Below, one piece after another: positions 54,144-61,333 of a stretch of 64,000 nucleotides of DNA. Location: assembly GCA_963651445.1 (NCBI GenBank), contig CAVJPU010000002.1, positions 97,489 to 161,488 on the forward strand. The letters are read 5' to 3'. Position 1 is the first letter of the stretch, and every line of letters begins with the position of its first letter. The stretch comes from a bacterium. GTDB lineage: Bacteria; Bacillota_I; Bacilli_A; RFN20; CAG-826. Position numbers and translations under genes: made by a program. The notes under the pieces were generated by a model that was not told where the DNA came from, did not search any database, and was given only the letters and a program-made list of their open reading frames with translations.

Positions 54144-54662
54144 TTAAGCTGTCATCCAATCTTTACGTAATTGTGGATCGTTACCCATCAACATTTCGAA
54201 TTTATCTTTCCACAATTCTGGTAATTTGACTACATCAAAATGCGGATCATTAATAACTCGCTCATACTCATTCATTTCCAGACTTCCTAGCCCTTTGATA
54301 TATCGGGCACTCCAGCCTTTGAGATCATCTTTAACTTCTTCATATTCTTCTGAAGTATAGAACCATTTTTGATCTTTACCTTTCTGACAAATCCAAACCG
54401 GTGTTTTAACGAATTTAACTCGACCTTGCTCGAATAATTCTGGCCAATTTGAAAAGAATGCTAATAAAGATGGATAGATAGAACCTGTGCCTAAATTCTC
54501 TAATTAAATGATAGTAGGCTTTCGCCTACCATCTACGTCGGCGTCAGTCATAATAGCGATATTACGATAATTTGTAGAGCCGGTGAATACACGACGAACG
54601 TGTGTTTGAGCTGAGTATGTGTCCATATCGATATCAGTTTTTGCGATTGGAGTTAATTTCAT
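54144..54662 (-). CDS. 60: DNA topoisomerase II large subunit, C-terminal part (gp60-like), interrupted by an internal stop-containing gap (putative translational bypass)
   Basis: ATG 54662 (GAGGT upstream): MKLTPIAKTDIDMDTYSAQTHVRRVFTGSTNYRNIAIMTDADVDG. Then comes a 12-14 codon gap with TAA (54504-54506). The same frame then resumes (T)GSIYPSLLAFFSNWPELFEQGRVKFVKTP...GSLEMNEYERVI...MGNDPQLRKDWMTA*. Both halves are colinear with remembered T4 gp60 (46 + 114 aa; here 45 + 114). Confidence 0.8.
54489..54527 (-). other. Putative coding gap / bypass element (take-off GGU 54530-54528; landing GGC 54491-54489, or GGU 54485-54483)
   Basis: The gap is AGG CGA AAG CCU ACU AUC AUU UAA UUA GAG AAU UUA (GGC). 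A 10-bp stem GAUGGUAGGC/GCCUACUAUC (54533-54510) with a GAAA tetraloop includes the take-off codon. Confidence 0.6.
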
Positions 54663-55476
54663 TGTATACCTCATAAAAGTCATCGTCAGGGCACCAGCCC
54701 GATTTAAATTTAATAAAACATTTTCCAAATAATTTGGATTTGTTACTAATGTTATTATACCTCATCCATTTTGAAATACCCGTTGCTTTAGGACGGTCTT
54801 CATCGTAGTTGTTACAATACCAATCATATAGGCTAGGTATTAATAGAACAATTTGTTTAGAATGTTCCGAATTGTTTTTATAATACCAAGGTCGGGCCCT
54901 TTTGCGTTCTGCTGCTATTGCAGTTGCAGTCTCAAAATTACCAACGCCTTTAAGTCCGAGAGACTTGATTATAGGGTCATTACAGTCTAAAAAATATGTT
55001 TTACCAGTAGAATCTTTAAAGCATGTATGTCGCTTTTTTTATTGATCTTGGTATTTTCTTTGCATAGTTTACACCTTTCCATAAAGATGTATCCACTGTA
55101 TCAACTTTTAGAAGCTTGCAGTGTCCAGTGCTAACATTTCTAAACACTGTTTTGCCTGCCATAAATTCACTAGACCAATCGGAAACTATACTTGAATGTA
55201 TATTTCTTGCAATATCATATGTTCTAGAGCTAATAAACCCCATATGTTTAGAGTTTTCATTCTACCCAATGCAAAGGCCATTTGGCGGTTTTTGTGAATT
55301 TTATACAACAATATATGAGCAATAAAATGCTCTCTATACGTTAGTTTAACTAGATTAGATTTGTCATCCGATCCTCCCATAGAACGCGGCAAAATATGAT
55401 GCCATTCTCCACGTTCTACTTCTAATCGGCCCTGAGACCGTTTAATTAAGTTATTGTATACTACAGCATAATTCAT
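54634..55476 (-). pseudogene. mobA-like HNH homing endonuclease gene, disrupted into three reading frames
   Basis: Frame a (55476-55186) carries the HNH core EWHHILPRSMGGSDDKSNLVKLTYREHFIAH. Frame b is 55243-55016. Frame c (~55030-54634) starts after an A7 run (55034-55040) and ends overlapping the gene 60 start. Its ATG overlaps the stop of the gene 39 middle part (ATGA). Confidence 0.7.
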
Positions 55477-55910
55477 AATAGATCTTTAACTTTCTTCCAT
55501 TGCCCGTCAACTAAAATTTCGTCATTTTCGTTAACAATAGTCCCATCTTCCAGTGTAAAGAATTTACCTTCGCTAGAGTATTCACCGGCAGATCCACCAA
55601 TTGATAAGCCCATGATAGCGCAAATATCAAAAATCTCTTTATTTTTGAGCATATCAGCAGCACTCATACCCCAGGTATTCATTACTTTACCACGCAGCGG
55701 ATAACCACCATGGAGTTCACGATCACGTGTAGAAATCAAATAACCGATCGCACTATTATGAGAAACAGTACCATCAGCAAAACAAAAGCTTTCATCGTCT
55801 TCAACCTGGATGTCTACCATATTGTGATGCTGGCCAGTAGGTTCGTATTCGGTAATATCTTCAAGAATAAATGTAGCTTTGTCGATAAGATTAAAATTAG
55901 TAATATTCAT
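55473..55910 (-). CDS. 39: Split-intein C-fragment (52 aa) fused to the C-terminal 93 aa of gp39 (Toprim region)
   Basis: MNITNF...HHNMVDIQVEDDESFCFADGTVSHN|SAIGYLISTRDRELHGGYPLRGKVMNTWGMSAADMLKNKEIFDICAIMGL. Intein blocks F/G end in HN followed by Ser. The extein continues the GyrB-type EGD-SA.G...R...GYPLRGK motif. Own SD AGAGG. Confidence 0.85.
   Translation of the reverse strand: MNITNFNLIDKATFILEDITEYEPTGQHHNMVDIQVEDDESFCFADGTVSHNSAIGYLISTRDRELHGGYPLRGKVMNTWGMSAADMLKNKEIFDICAIMGLSIGGSAGEYSSEGKFFTLEDGTIVNENDEILVDGQWKKVKDLL
55755..55910 (-). other. IntC (C-terminal split-intein half)
   Basis: Blocks F (VDIQVEDDESFCFADG) and G (TVSHN/S). Confidence 0.8.
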
Positions 55911-57207
55911 TTGATACCTCTTTACCTTGTTTCAAATCATTTATGAATTTATTGACATTATACACCAATACACAATTGCGGAACTTAAGTGCTTTATATT
56001 CTACGTTGTTACAGTATTCCAAATTTTCGGCCTTTGAATTAAAACTGCACAACTCGATATAATATTCTTCACCGTGATACCGTATTTTGATGTCATAAAA
56101 TTTTCTTAACTTACCAGGGTATTTTTTATTGGTGTCTATAACAACCACATCTTCGATGGCCTTTAAAGATGTATACATATCCAATTCTAATGCCGATCTA
56201 AAGAAATGCCCATCAACTGATGATGAATAACTGTAAGAATTTTTAGCTACAAAATTTTTATATCTAATTCGGACTTCTTGAGGTATATCAAAATATTCGA
56301 ATAAATTTAATATTTTGAACGTGTGTTTAAATGCCACTACCCTAGAAACTTTTTTGTCGATTGCCGGATTCTTTGATATGTATGCATCTTCGGCCCTTTG
56401 TAATACTAGACAAAAGCCAATAATTGACATATTTTTACCAATTAAATCTAAACAGTAGCCCTTAAATTTATTTTCGTCATTGACAAATGATGCGTAATTT
56501 GATTGAATCCATGTCTCATTTATTTCGCCATTAACAAACTTCGGTTTAGGTTTAACTCTAGATTTTCTTTTACAAATCTCTTCTTTAGAAAATCTAGAAG
56601 GGTCAAAAATTGACCGTTGTGACCGTTGCAATTCGTTCCATTTGCCAATACCGTTTTTGGAAATAAATTTATTTTTATTTCTATAATATGATAGCTTCCA
56701 ATTAGCAGTTATCTCATTTTGACGACAAGCAGAACGCCCACTATGCGACTGGAATGTAGAATACGATGACACATCCTTATGATTTTTTCTATAAAACGGC
56801 GAGTTATTCCTGTCTAGTATCAATTTTGATGCGTCATCTTCGTTAAGATTATATGCAAATTTTACATACTCTACCGAGTTCGGATTTAATTTTTTAAGGA
56901 AACATCCAGGCTTCCCGCATGCAAAATATTTGCCATATGATTTGTCTCTGGCATGGGTAATATTAGTGCAATCAATTAATATCCCATTAGGAGTTTCTAC
57001 AAGTTCCATAGAATCTTTAAATCCTATGTAGTCCTGTAAATTGCCGCATGCGCATTTTCTAGAATGTTTGGCCTCAAACAACTCAATTAATTCCGGATAC
57101 CGTTTATAAATCATAGTAAACAAGTATTTCTTTAACCGTGGACCAGAATAATTTTTATCAGGTATGGACACCGAAGTGTCCATAAACTTAACGTTTAAAT
57201 GTTTCAT
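55897..57207 (-). CDS. Free-standing endonuclease-like ORF between the intein halves (putative homing endonuclease; Cys-rich N-terminus, PD-(D/E)xK- or Vsr-like C-terminus)
   Basis: 436 aa. ATG overlaps the IntN stop (gtATGA) and the 3' end overlaps the IntC start by 14 nt. N-terminal Cys motifs HSRKCACGN and FACGKPGC. C-terminal GHFFRSALELDMYTSL...FYDIKI...YYIELC gives an E...D...E-x-(K/C) layout. No LAGLIDADG, GIY-YIG or HNH motif seen. Confidence 0.5.
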   Translation of the reverse strand: MKHLNVKFMDTSVSIPDKNYSGPRLKKYLFTMIYKRYPELIELFEAKHSRKCACGNLQDYIGFKDSMELVETPNGILIDCTNITHARDKSYGKYFACGKPGCFLKKLNPNSVEYVKFAYNLNEDDASKLILDRNNSPFYRKNHKDVSSYSTFQSHSGRSACRQNEITANWKLSYYRNKNKFISKNGIGKWNELQRSQRSIFDPSRFSKEEICKRKSRVKPKPKFVNGEINETWIQSNYASFVNDENKFKGYCLDLIGKNMSIIGFCLVLQRAEDAYISKNPAIDKKVSRVVAFKHTFKILNLFEYFDIPQEVRIRYKNFVAKNSYSYSSSVDGHFFRSALELDMYTSLKAIEDVVVIDTNKKYPGKLRKFYDIKIRYHGEEYYIELCSFNSKAENLEYCNNVEYKALKFRNCVLVYNVNKFINDLKQGKEVSNEYY

Positions 57208-58931
57208 ACAATAATTACATCATTTAATGTAATATCTTTAAACTGTTTGAGTTTTAAACCATCGGTATCCATTACAATCATTTCATGAGTAGGACTTGAG
57301 TTAATTCTATGGGTTGTGCCTATAACAGATTTCACAACCATTGATGACTCCGTCAACTCAACAATTTGTCTAGATCTGTTAATAGGACCGCCTAATTCAA
57401 CTAATCGATTTTTTATGAGCTTATGACGGCCCTTTACTAACGAATCTACTCGAATATATTCTACTGTATCCAATACCGTATCATACGCATACAATTTATG
57501 CTCATTTGAATAAATCTTACCGTTAATCTTAATCCCTGGTTTAAGACGAATAGTTTTAGACACTACTTGTTTAAAGTTGTGTTTTGCGGTCATGACTGTA
57601 TCACCAACTTGGATATCTTTGGCCCGGATATTACCATCTAATGTAAAGATTTCGGTATTCTCATCAAAACAGTCACCTTCCGTAAGGAACAAAGTAGTTT
57701 CTAATTCAGAATTACCATATTTGTTTGCTTTGATGTGTTTAGATACTTTAGCTTTTTGAGCAGCTTTGTTGGCTTTAGTTTCGGCGGCTTTTTCGGCAGC
57801 AAGTTTACGAGCAAGTACAGCTTCAATGATTGGCATCAAAATTGATTCAGTATTCATAAATTGTTTGACAATTTTCTTAAAATCTAAATCAATGTGAGAT
57901 TTAATTTCTCCCCATGGCGATGTAAGCCGCTCTTTGGTTTGTGAGTCAAATCGAAGATTGGACATATCTTTTACGAATAATAAAAGTGTCACACATTCTT
58001 TAATTCTGGCTTTGTTTACATCGATTTTAAACTTACGTTTAATTAAAGGAATCAATTCGTTTGAAAGCTCGTCCATAACGTAATCAATATGAGAACCACC
58101 AACTTTAGTATGGATTGCATTTACATATGATAAATGCCTAAACCCATCTTCAGATGTCCCAATTGCTAATTGGACTTTATCACTTTCGTAGCATAAAGCA
58201 TTTTCGTCGTATTGCTTGGCATATTTTTTAAAGTTACCAATGATTCTGCTGCCGTTAAATTTAAACTGAATTTCTGGATAAACCACGGCTAGTGTTTGCA
58301 TTTGGTCTTCAATAATACTAACAATAACATCATCAATTGAATTGCATTCAAAATGACTAAAGTCAGGAATAAATTCTACTTTAGTTCCATGTTTACCACC
58401 GGCTTTAGATTTCCAGTCAATAGTGTCAATATTATTTGTACATTTTACTACAAGAGTATTAGTGCCGTCGCATGTGGTACCGATAAATGAAGTAGAAAAA
58501 ATATTTGTTAATGATGACCCTACACCATTCATACCTGATGTTTTTCGCTCAGAATCTTCACCGAAATTGCCGCCGGCTTTTGTCTTTGTCCATGCAGCCA
58601 CCGGACCGGGAATACTATCGCCTTCCGGGGTTGTAATCATTGCTTGCGGAATACCACGACCGTTATCTTCAACCGTGACAAGATTTTTTTCCGTATCGAT
58701 AGTTACAGAAATTTTATTCGCGAATTCGAAATTGGTTCTAACGGCTTCGTCAATGGAATTATCTCGAATTTCTTCAATTAATTTTACAATTGCTGGCACA
58801 TATTTTAATTTAACGTATTTGCCAAATTGGAACCGTTCATATTCTTCAGATGATGTACTACCAACGTACATCCCAGGACGCTTAATAACATGTTCTTTAT
58901 CACTAAGCATTTTAATTTCATTTTTAATCAA
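57204..58931 (-). CDS. 39: DNA topoisomerase II large subunit gp39, N-terminal 420 aa (GHKL ATPase + transducer), fused to split-intein N-fragment (155 aa)
   Basis: TTG start after GGAG: MIKNEIKMLSDKEHVIKRPGMYVGS, DEAVRTNF, VEDNGRGIP, GMNGVGSS, ...TLFLTEGD|CFDENTEIFTLDGNIRAKDIQVGD... The Toprim EGD is followed by Cys1 and Hint block A. A block B-like SSPTHEMIV lies near the end, then a stop. Confidence 0.88.
   Translation of the reverse strand: MIKNEIKMLSDKEHVIKRPGMYVGSTSSEEYERFQFGKYVKLKYVPAIVKLIEEIRDNSIDEAVRTNFEFANKISVTIDTEKNLVTVEDNGRGIPQAMITTPEGDSIPGPVAAWTKTKAGGNFGEDSERKTSGMNGVGSSLTNIFSTSFIGTTCDGTNTLVVKCTNNIDTIDWKSKAGGKHGTKVEFIPDFSHFECNSIDDVIVSIIEDQMQTLAVVYPEIQFKFNGSRIIGNFKKYAKQYDENALCYESDKVQLAIGTSEDGFRHLSYVNAIHTKVGGSHIDYVMDELSNELIPLIKRKFKIDVNKARIKECVTLLLFVKDMSNLRFDSQTKERLTSPWGEIKSHIDLDFKKIVKQFMNTESILMPIIEAVLARKLAAEKAAETKANKAAQKAKVSKHIKANKYGNSELETTLFLTEGDCFDENTEIFTLDGNIRAKDIQVGDTVMTAKHNFKQVVSKTIRLKPGIKINGKIYSNEHKLYAYDTVLDTVEYIRVDSLVKGRHKLIKNRLVELGGPINRSRQIVELTESSMVVKSVIGTTHRINSSPTHEMIVMDTDGLKLKQFKDITLNDVIIV
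57207..57671 (-). other. IntN (N-terminal split-intein half)
   Basis: Begins at Cys codon 57671-57669, immediately after the ...LTEGD extein residue. Ends at stop 57206-57204. Confidence 0.8.
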
Positions 58932-58963
58932 TTTACGACTCCAATAGTAATTAGGATAATGAT

Positions 58964-58988
58964 ATTATATTCAATAATCTATAAAGCA
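58964..58988 (-). promoter_or_regulatory. MotA-dependent middle promoter (TTTGCTTTA-N12-TATAAT) for gene 39
   Basis: MotA box at 58982-58988 and -10 at 58964-58969 on the minus strand. motA and asiA are encoded in this window. Confidence 0.6.
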
Positions 58989-59011
58989 AATGGAACCGAA
59001 GTCCCATTTAA

Positions 59012-59572
59012 TTATTGCTCGAAGTATTTGCGTTCTTTTGCGCGTCTATTAGTAAGACCAGCAATAACTTTGCCGCCAGCTTTATTCCAAACATCAAATT
59101 GTGCAGCTGCACCTGCATAGTCCTTGGCGTTAAGTTTCTTTAACAGTGTAGAATTAGAGAATGCAGAAGAACCAATATTGTATGTCAACGACACTAATGC
59201 ATCGAATTGGGTTTGCTTCAATGGAACTTTAACAGAAGATTTAACAGTATTAACGAATTCTATTAAGTCGTATTGCATATATGATACAGCTTGTTCTTTT
59301 GTGCAAGTGTCGCCTTTTTTAACTCGGACGCCATTAGGGTATTTGATAGTCCCATAGCCTATTGTCCAAATACCTACACTATCTTGGTATGCCGCAAGTC
59401 TCAAGCCTTCGAATCCACCAATGAGATCAATACCGGCTGTAGAAACACTTGTTGCTGATAACTGTTCTGGGCTAAGATACGAAACAACCTTATTAAGATT
59501 ATCGACTTGTTCTTGGGTTAACTTGCCGCCAGCTAAAACACGTGCAGCATCAAAAAAGTCTTTGGTTTCCAT
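59012..59572 (-). CDS. e: Endolysin, T4 lysozyme (GH24) family with ~45-aa N-terminal extension
   Basis: IDLIGGFEGLRLAAYQDSVGIWTIGYGT (catalytic E...D...T pattern), FDALVSLTYNIG, AGLTNRRAKE. Confidence 0.88.
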   Translation of the reverse strand: METKDFFDAARVLAGGKLTQEQVDNLNKVVSYLSPEQLSATSVSTAGIDLIGGFEGLRLAAYQDSVGIWTIGYGTIKYPNGVRVKKGDTCTKEQAVSYMQYDLIEFVNTVKSSVKVPLKQTQFDALVSLTYNIGSSAFSNSTLLKKLNAKDYAGAAAQFDVWNKAGGKVIAGLTNRRAKERKYFEQ

Positions 59573-59603
59573 AATACTTTCCTTAAAAGAAAGTATTTAT
59601 GAA

Positions 59604-60002
59604 TTATGCACAAATAGAAATTTGTTTAGAAGTTGATCTATATTGGATGCCGTCGAAGACATTTAACACTTGCTTAGATTTAGGTTTAGGAAACTGGATA
59701 ATACTATCAATTTCAGATTTTAATGGAGATGGGCCAGGGATGCTTAACGCTGCATCAACACCTAAAGGATACACTGGTGAAAAGTATTCTCGACATTGAG
59801 CATAAATATAACAATTTATTAATCTATCACCAAGTCTTATCCTTAGAACACTCCCGAGTTCATTTATATTTGTCACTGTCATCTCGCCGAAATTTGATAC
59901 GATTAGGTCAGCTAACTCGTTCTTATTTGGCGAAGTGAACCATGCGGAATTTCTAAATCCAGCTTCATCTATCAGTCGATATGTCATTGTTTCGAATTTC
60001 AT
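59604..60002 (-). CDS. Hypothetical protein
   Basis: 132-aa ORF. Confidence 0.55.
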   Translation of the reverse strand: MKFETMTYRLIDEAGFRNSAWFTSPNKNELADLIVSNFGEMTVTNINELGSVLRIRLGDRLINCYIYAQCREYFSPVYPLGVDAALSIPGPSPLKSEIDSIIQFPKPKSKQVLNVFDGIQYRSTSKQISICA

Positions 60003-60011
60003 AATAATTCC

Positions 60012-60263
60012 TTAAATTTCTTTAAAAATTTTAGTACCTTCAGAAGTAATTTCTTTTACGAAAACTGTATCGATTTCGCCATTTTTGATCACAAATAAAA
60101 CTTGATTAGTTTCTAATTGAGAATGGAAATGTTTTTCTACTACCATCAATTCTGGATTCATAAGAACTGAATCAAACTCTTCTTGAGAAACCGCAATTTT
60201 ATTAGAAACTTCAGGCATTTTAGAAGTTTTTGATTTAAGAGTAGTTAAAGTGCGAATATCCAT
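60012..60263 (-). CDS. Hypothetical protein
   Basis: 83-aa ORF with an early promoter upstream. Confidence 0.55.
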   Translation of the reverse strand: MDIRTLTTLKSKTSKMPEVSNKIAVSQEEFDSVLMNPELMVVEKHFHSQLETNQVLFVIKNGEIDTVFVKEITSEGTKIFKEI

Positions 60264-60301
60264 GGCAATTTCCTCATTTGGATGTTTGATTTGATAAAGC
60301 T

Positions 60302-60330
60302 ATTATACATCGTAAATGATCGGATGTAAA
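60302..60330 (-). promoter_or_regulatory. Early promoter TTTACA-N17-TATAAT
   Basis: -35 at 60325-60330 and -10 at 60302-60307. Confidence 0.65.
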
Positions 60331-60346
60331 CCAATTCCGATCATTT
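60314..60346 (-). terminator. 11-bp inverted repeat AAATGATCGGA / TCCGATCATTT downstream of dexA, with the next promoter's -35 in its loop
   Basis: Perfect stem; the loop tgtaaaccaat contains TTTACA (minus strand). Confidence 0.5.
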
Positions 60347-60359
60347 ATTTCAAATTAAT

Positions 60360-61016
60360 TTATGATTTAATTGTTTGCGGATCAATATCTTCATCACTAG
60401 GCATATCTTCAAGACCATATGCATAACGTTGAGCTGTTTTAAGCATAATAACATCTTTAGCGCAATCATGTACGGAGTCATGTGCAACAAATCCGTCAAG
60501 AATACCTTTACGCAATGGTGTCATTGCTAGCCCGCGAACCAACGAATACGCTTCGATAGCTGTTCGGATATCTCGTTGAGCCCAGAATTTAACAGGTTCT
60601 AGTTTATCGGTATCAATTGTGTTGTACGTTTCTGAAATCATATTTACAAAAATAGGAAAGTCAAAAGACATACCACGACACCAACCTTGAGATTTCCAAG
60701 CATCAACACCGTTATCTTTTAGAAACTTTAATACTTCAGGAATGGCATCTTTAATTAAATAATCGCCGGCAGCTGGCTTGAGATTAATTTTAGCTTCATC
60801 GGACTGGCTCTTCCACCAATCAACAGTTTTCGGGTTAACCGTTCGAATACCTTTTTGCGAATTAAGATCTAATTTAAACCGTTTACCGGCTTTGATTAAT
60901 TCATCAAATGGCTGGACAACCGTTGGGTCCGGATCAAATACCAAAACCGAGATATCCACAACAATAGAATCAGGACGAGAACCTAATGTTTCTAAATCAA
61001 TAATAAAATCTTTCAT
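60360..61016 (-). CDS. dexA: Exonuclease A (DEDD 3'-5' exonuclease)
   Basis: FIIDLETLG Exo I motif, HDSVHDCAKD Exo III-like motif, 218 aa (T4 227), adjacent to dda. Confidence 0.8.
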   Translation of the reverse strand: MKDFIIDLETLGSRPDSIVVDISVLVFDPDPTVVQPFDELIKAGKRFKLDLNSQKGIRTVNPKTVDWWKSQSDEAKINLKPAAGDYLIKDAIPEVLKFLKDNGVDAWKSQGWCRGMSFDFPIFVNMISETYNTIDTDKLEPVKFWAQRDIRTAIEAYSLVRGLAMTPLRKGILDGFVAHDSVHDCAKDVIMLKTAQRYAYGLEDMPSDEDIDPQTIKS

Positions 61017-61028
61017 TTCGCATCCTCT

Positions 61029-61298
61029 TTAGATGGTTTTGTTTACCATATCGCAAAATTGTTTGTGGCGTTTAAGAATTCGCACTATATCAAGATATAT
61101 ACCTTCTGGTATAGTAATCTTAATTTCATTAGTAAAAATTACAGAATTTACCATTTCGGCGGAATCGATAAGATCATTCAAAAATATCAATACCGGATCA
61201 ATGAGATGAGACGGCATTGATGGCGAAGATTTAATTTCTTCAAGCTTTAATGACAGCACCGAAGCCGACTTAACACTTAATGTTTGTGCTTGAGACAT
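61029..61298 (-). CDS. Hypothetical protein
   Basis: 89-aa ORF. Confidence 0.5.
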   Translation of the reverse strand: MSQAQTLSVKSASVLSLKLEEIKSSPSMPSHLIDPVLIFLNDLIDSAEMVNSVIFTNEIKITIPEGIYLDIVRILKRHKQFCDMVNKTI

Positions 61299-61333
61299 TT
61301 TACTCTCTTTAATTAATAAATTAAGATAATGTG

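Larger units (their letters stand above)
55755..57671 (-). mobile_element. Split intein plus free-standing endonuclease-like ORF cassette inserted in gene 39
   Basis: IntN (57671-57207), ORF 57207-55897, IntC (55910-55755). All three are separately initiated ORFs with overlapping stops and starts. Confidence 0.75.

Noticed and set aside
54504-54728. Treating ORF 54504-54728 as a complete small gene ending at TAA, with the downstream gp60-homologous 114 codons as a separate gene, or invoking simple stop-codon read-through.
   Set aside because: The downstream part has no start codon or SD. Read-through would insert 12-14 unrelated residues into the invariant DADxDG-(x)GS... Toprim segment. The first 22 codons of the track ORF overlap the 3' end of the HNH pseudogene, and the SD-preceded ATG is at 54662. 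A sequencing or assembly artefact cannot be excluded from the sequence alone.
57204-58931. A conventional (contiguous) intein with an in-frame LAGLIDADG or HNH domain in gene 39.
   Set aside because: The IntN frame is closed by TGA at 57204-57206. The central ORF is in another frame with its own ATG, and IntC has its own SD and ATG. No LAGLIDADG motifs were seen.
59594-59601. CATAAATA (minus strand) upstream of the lysozyme gene as a late promoter.
   Set aside because: It has one mismatch at the first position of the TATAAATA consensus. It is plausible, since lysozyme is a late function, but is not well enough supported to list as a feature.
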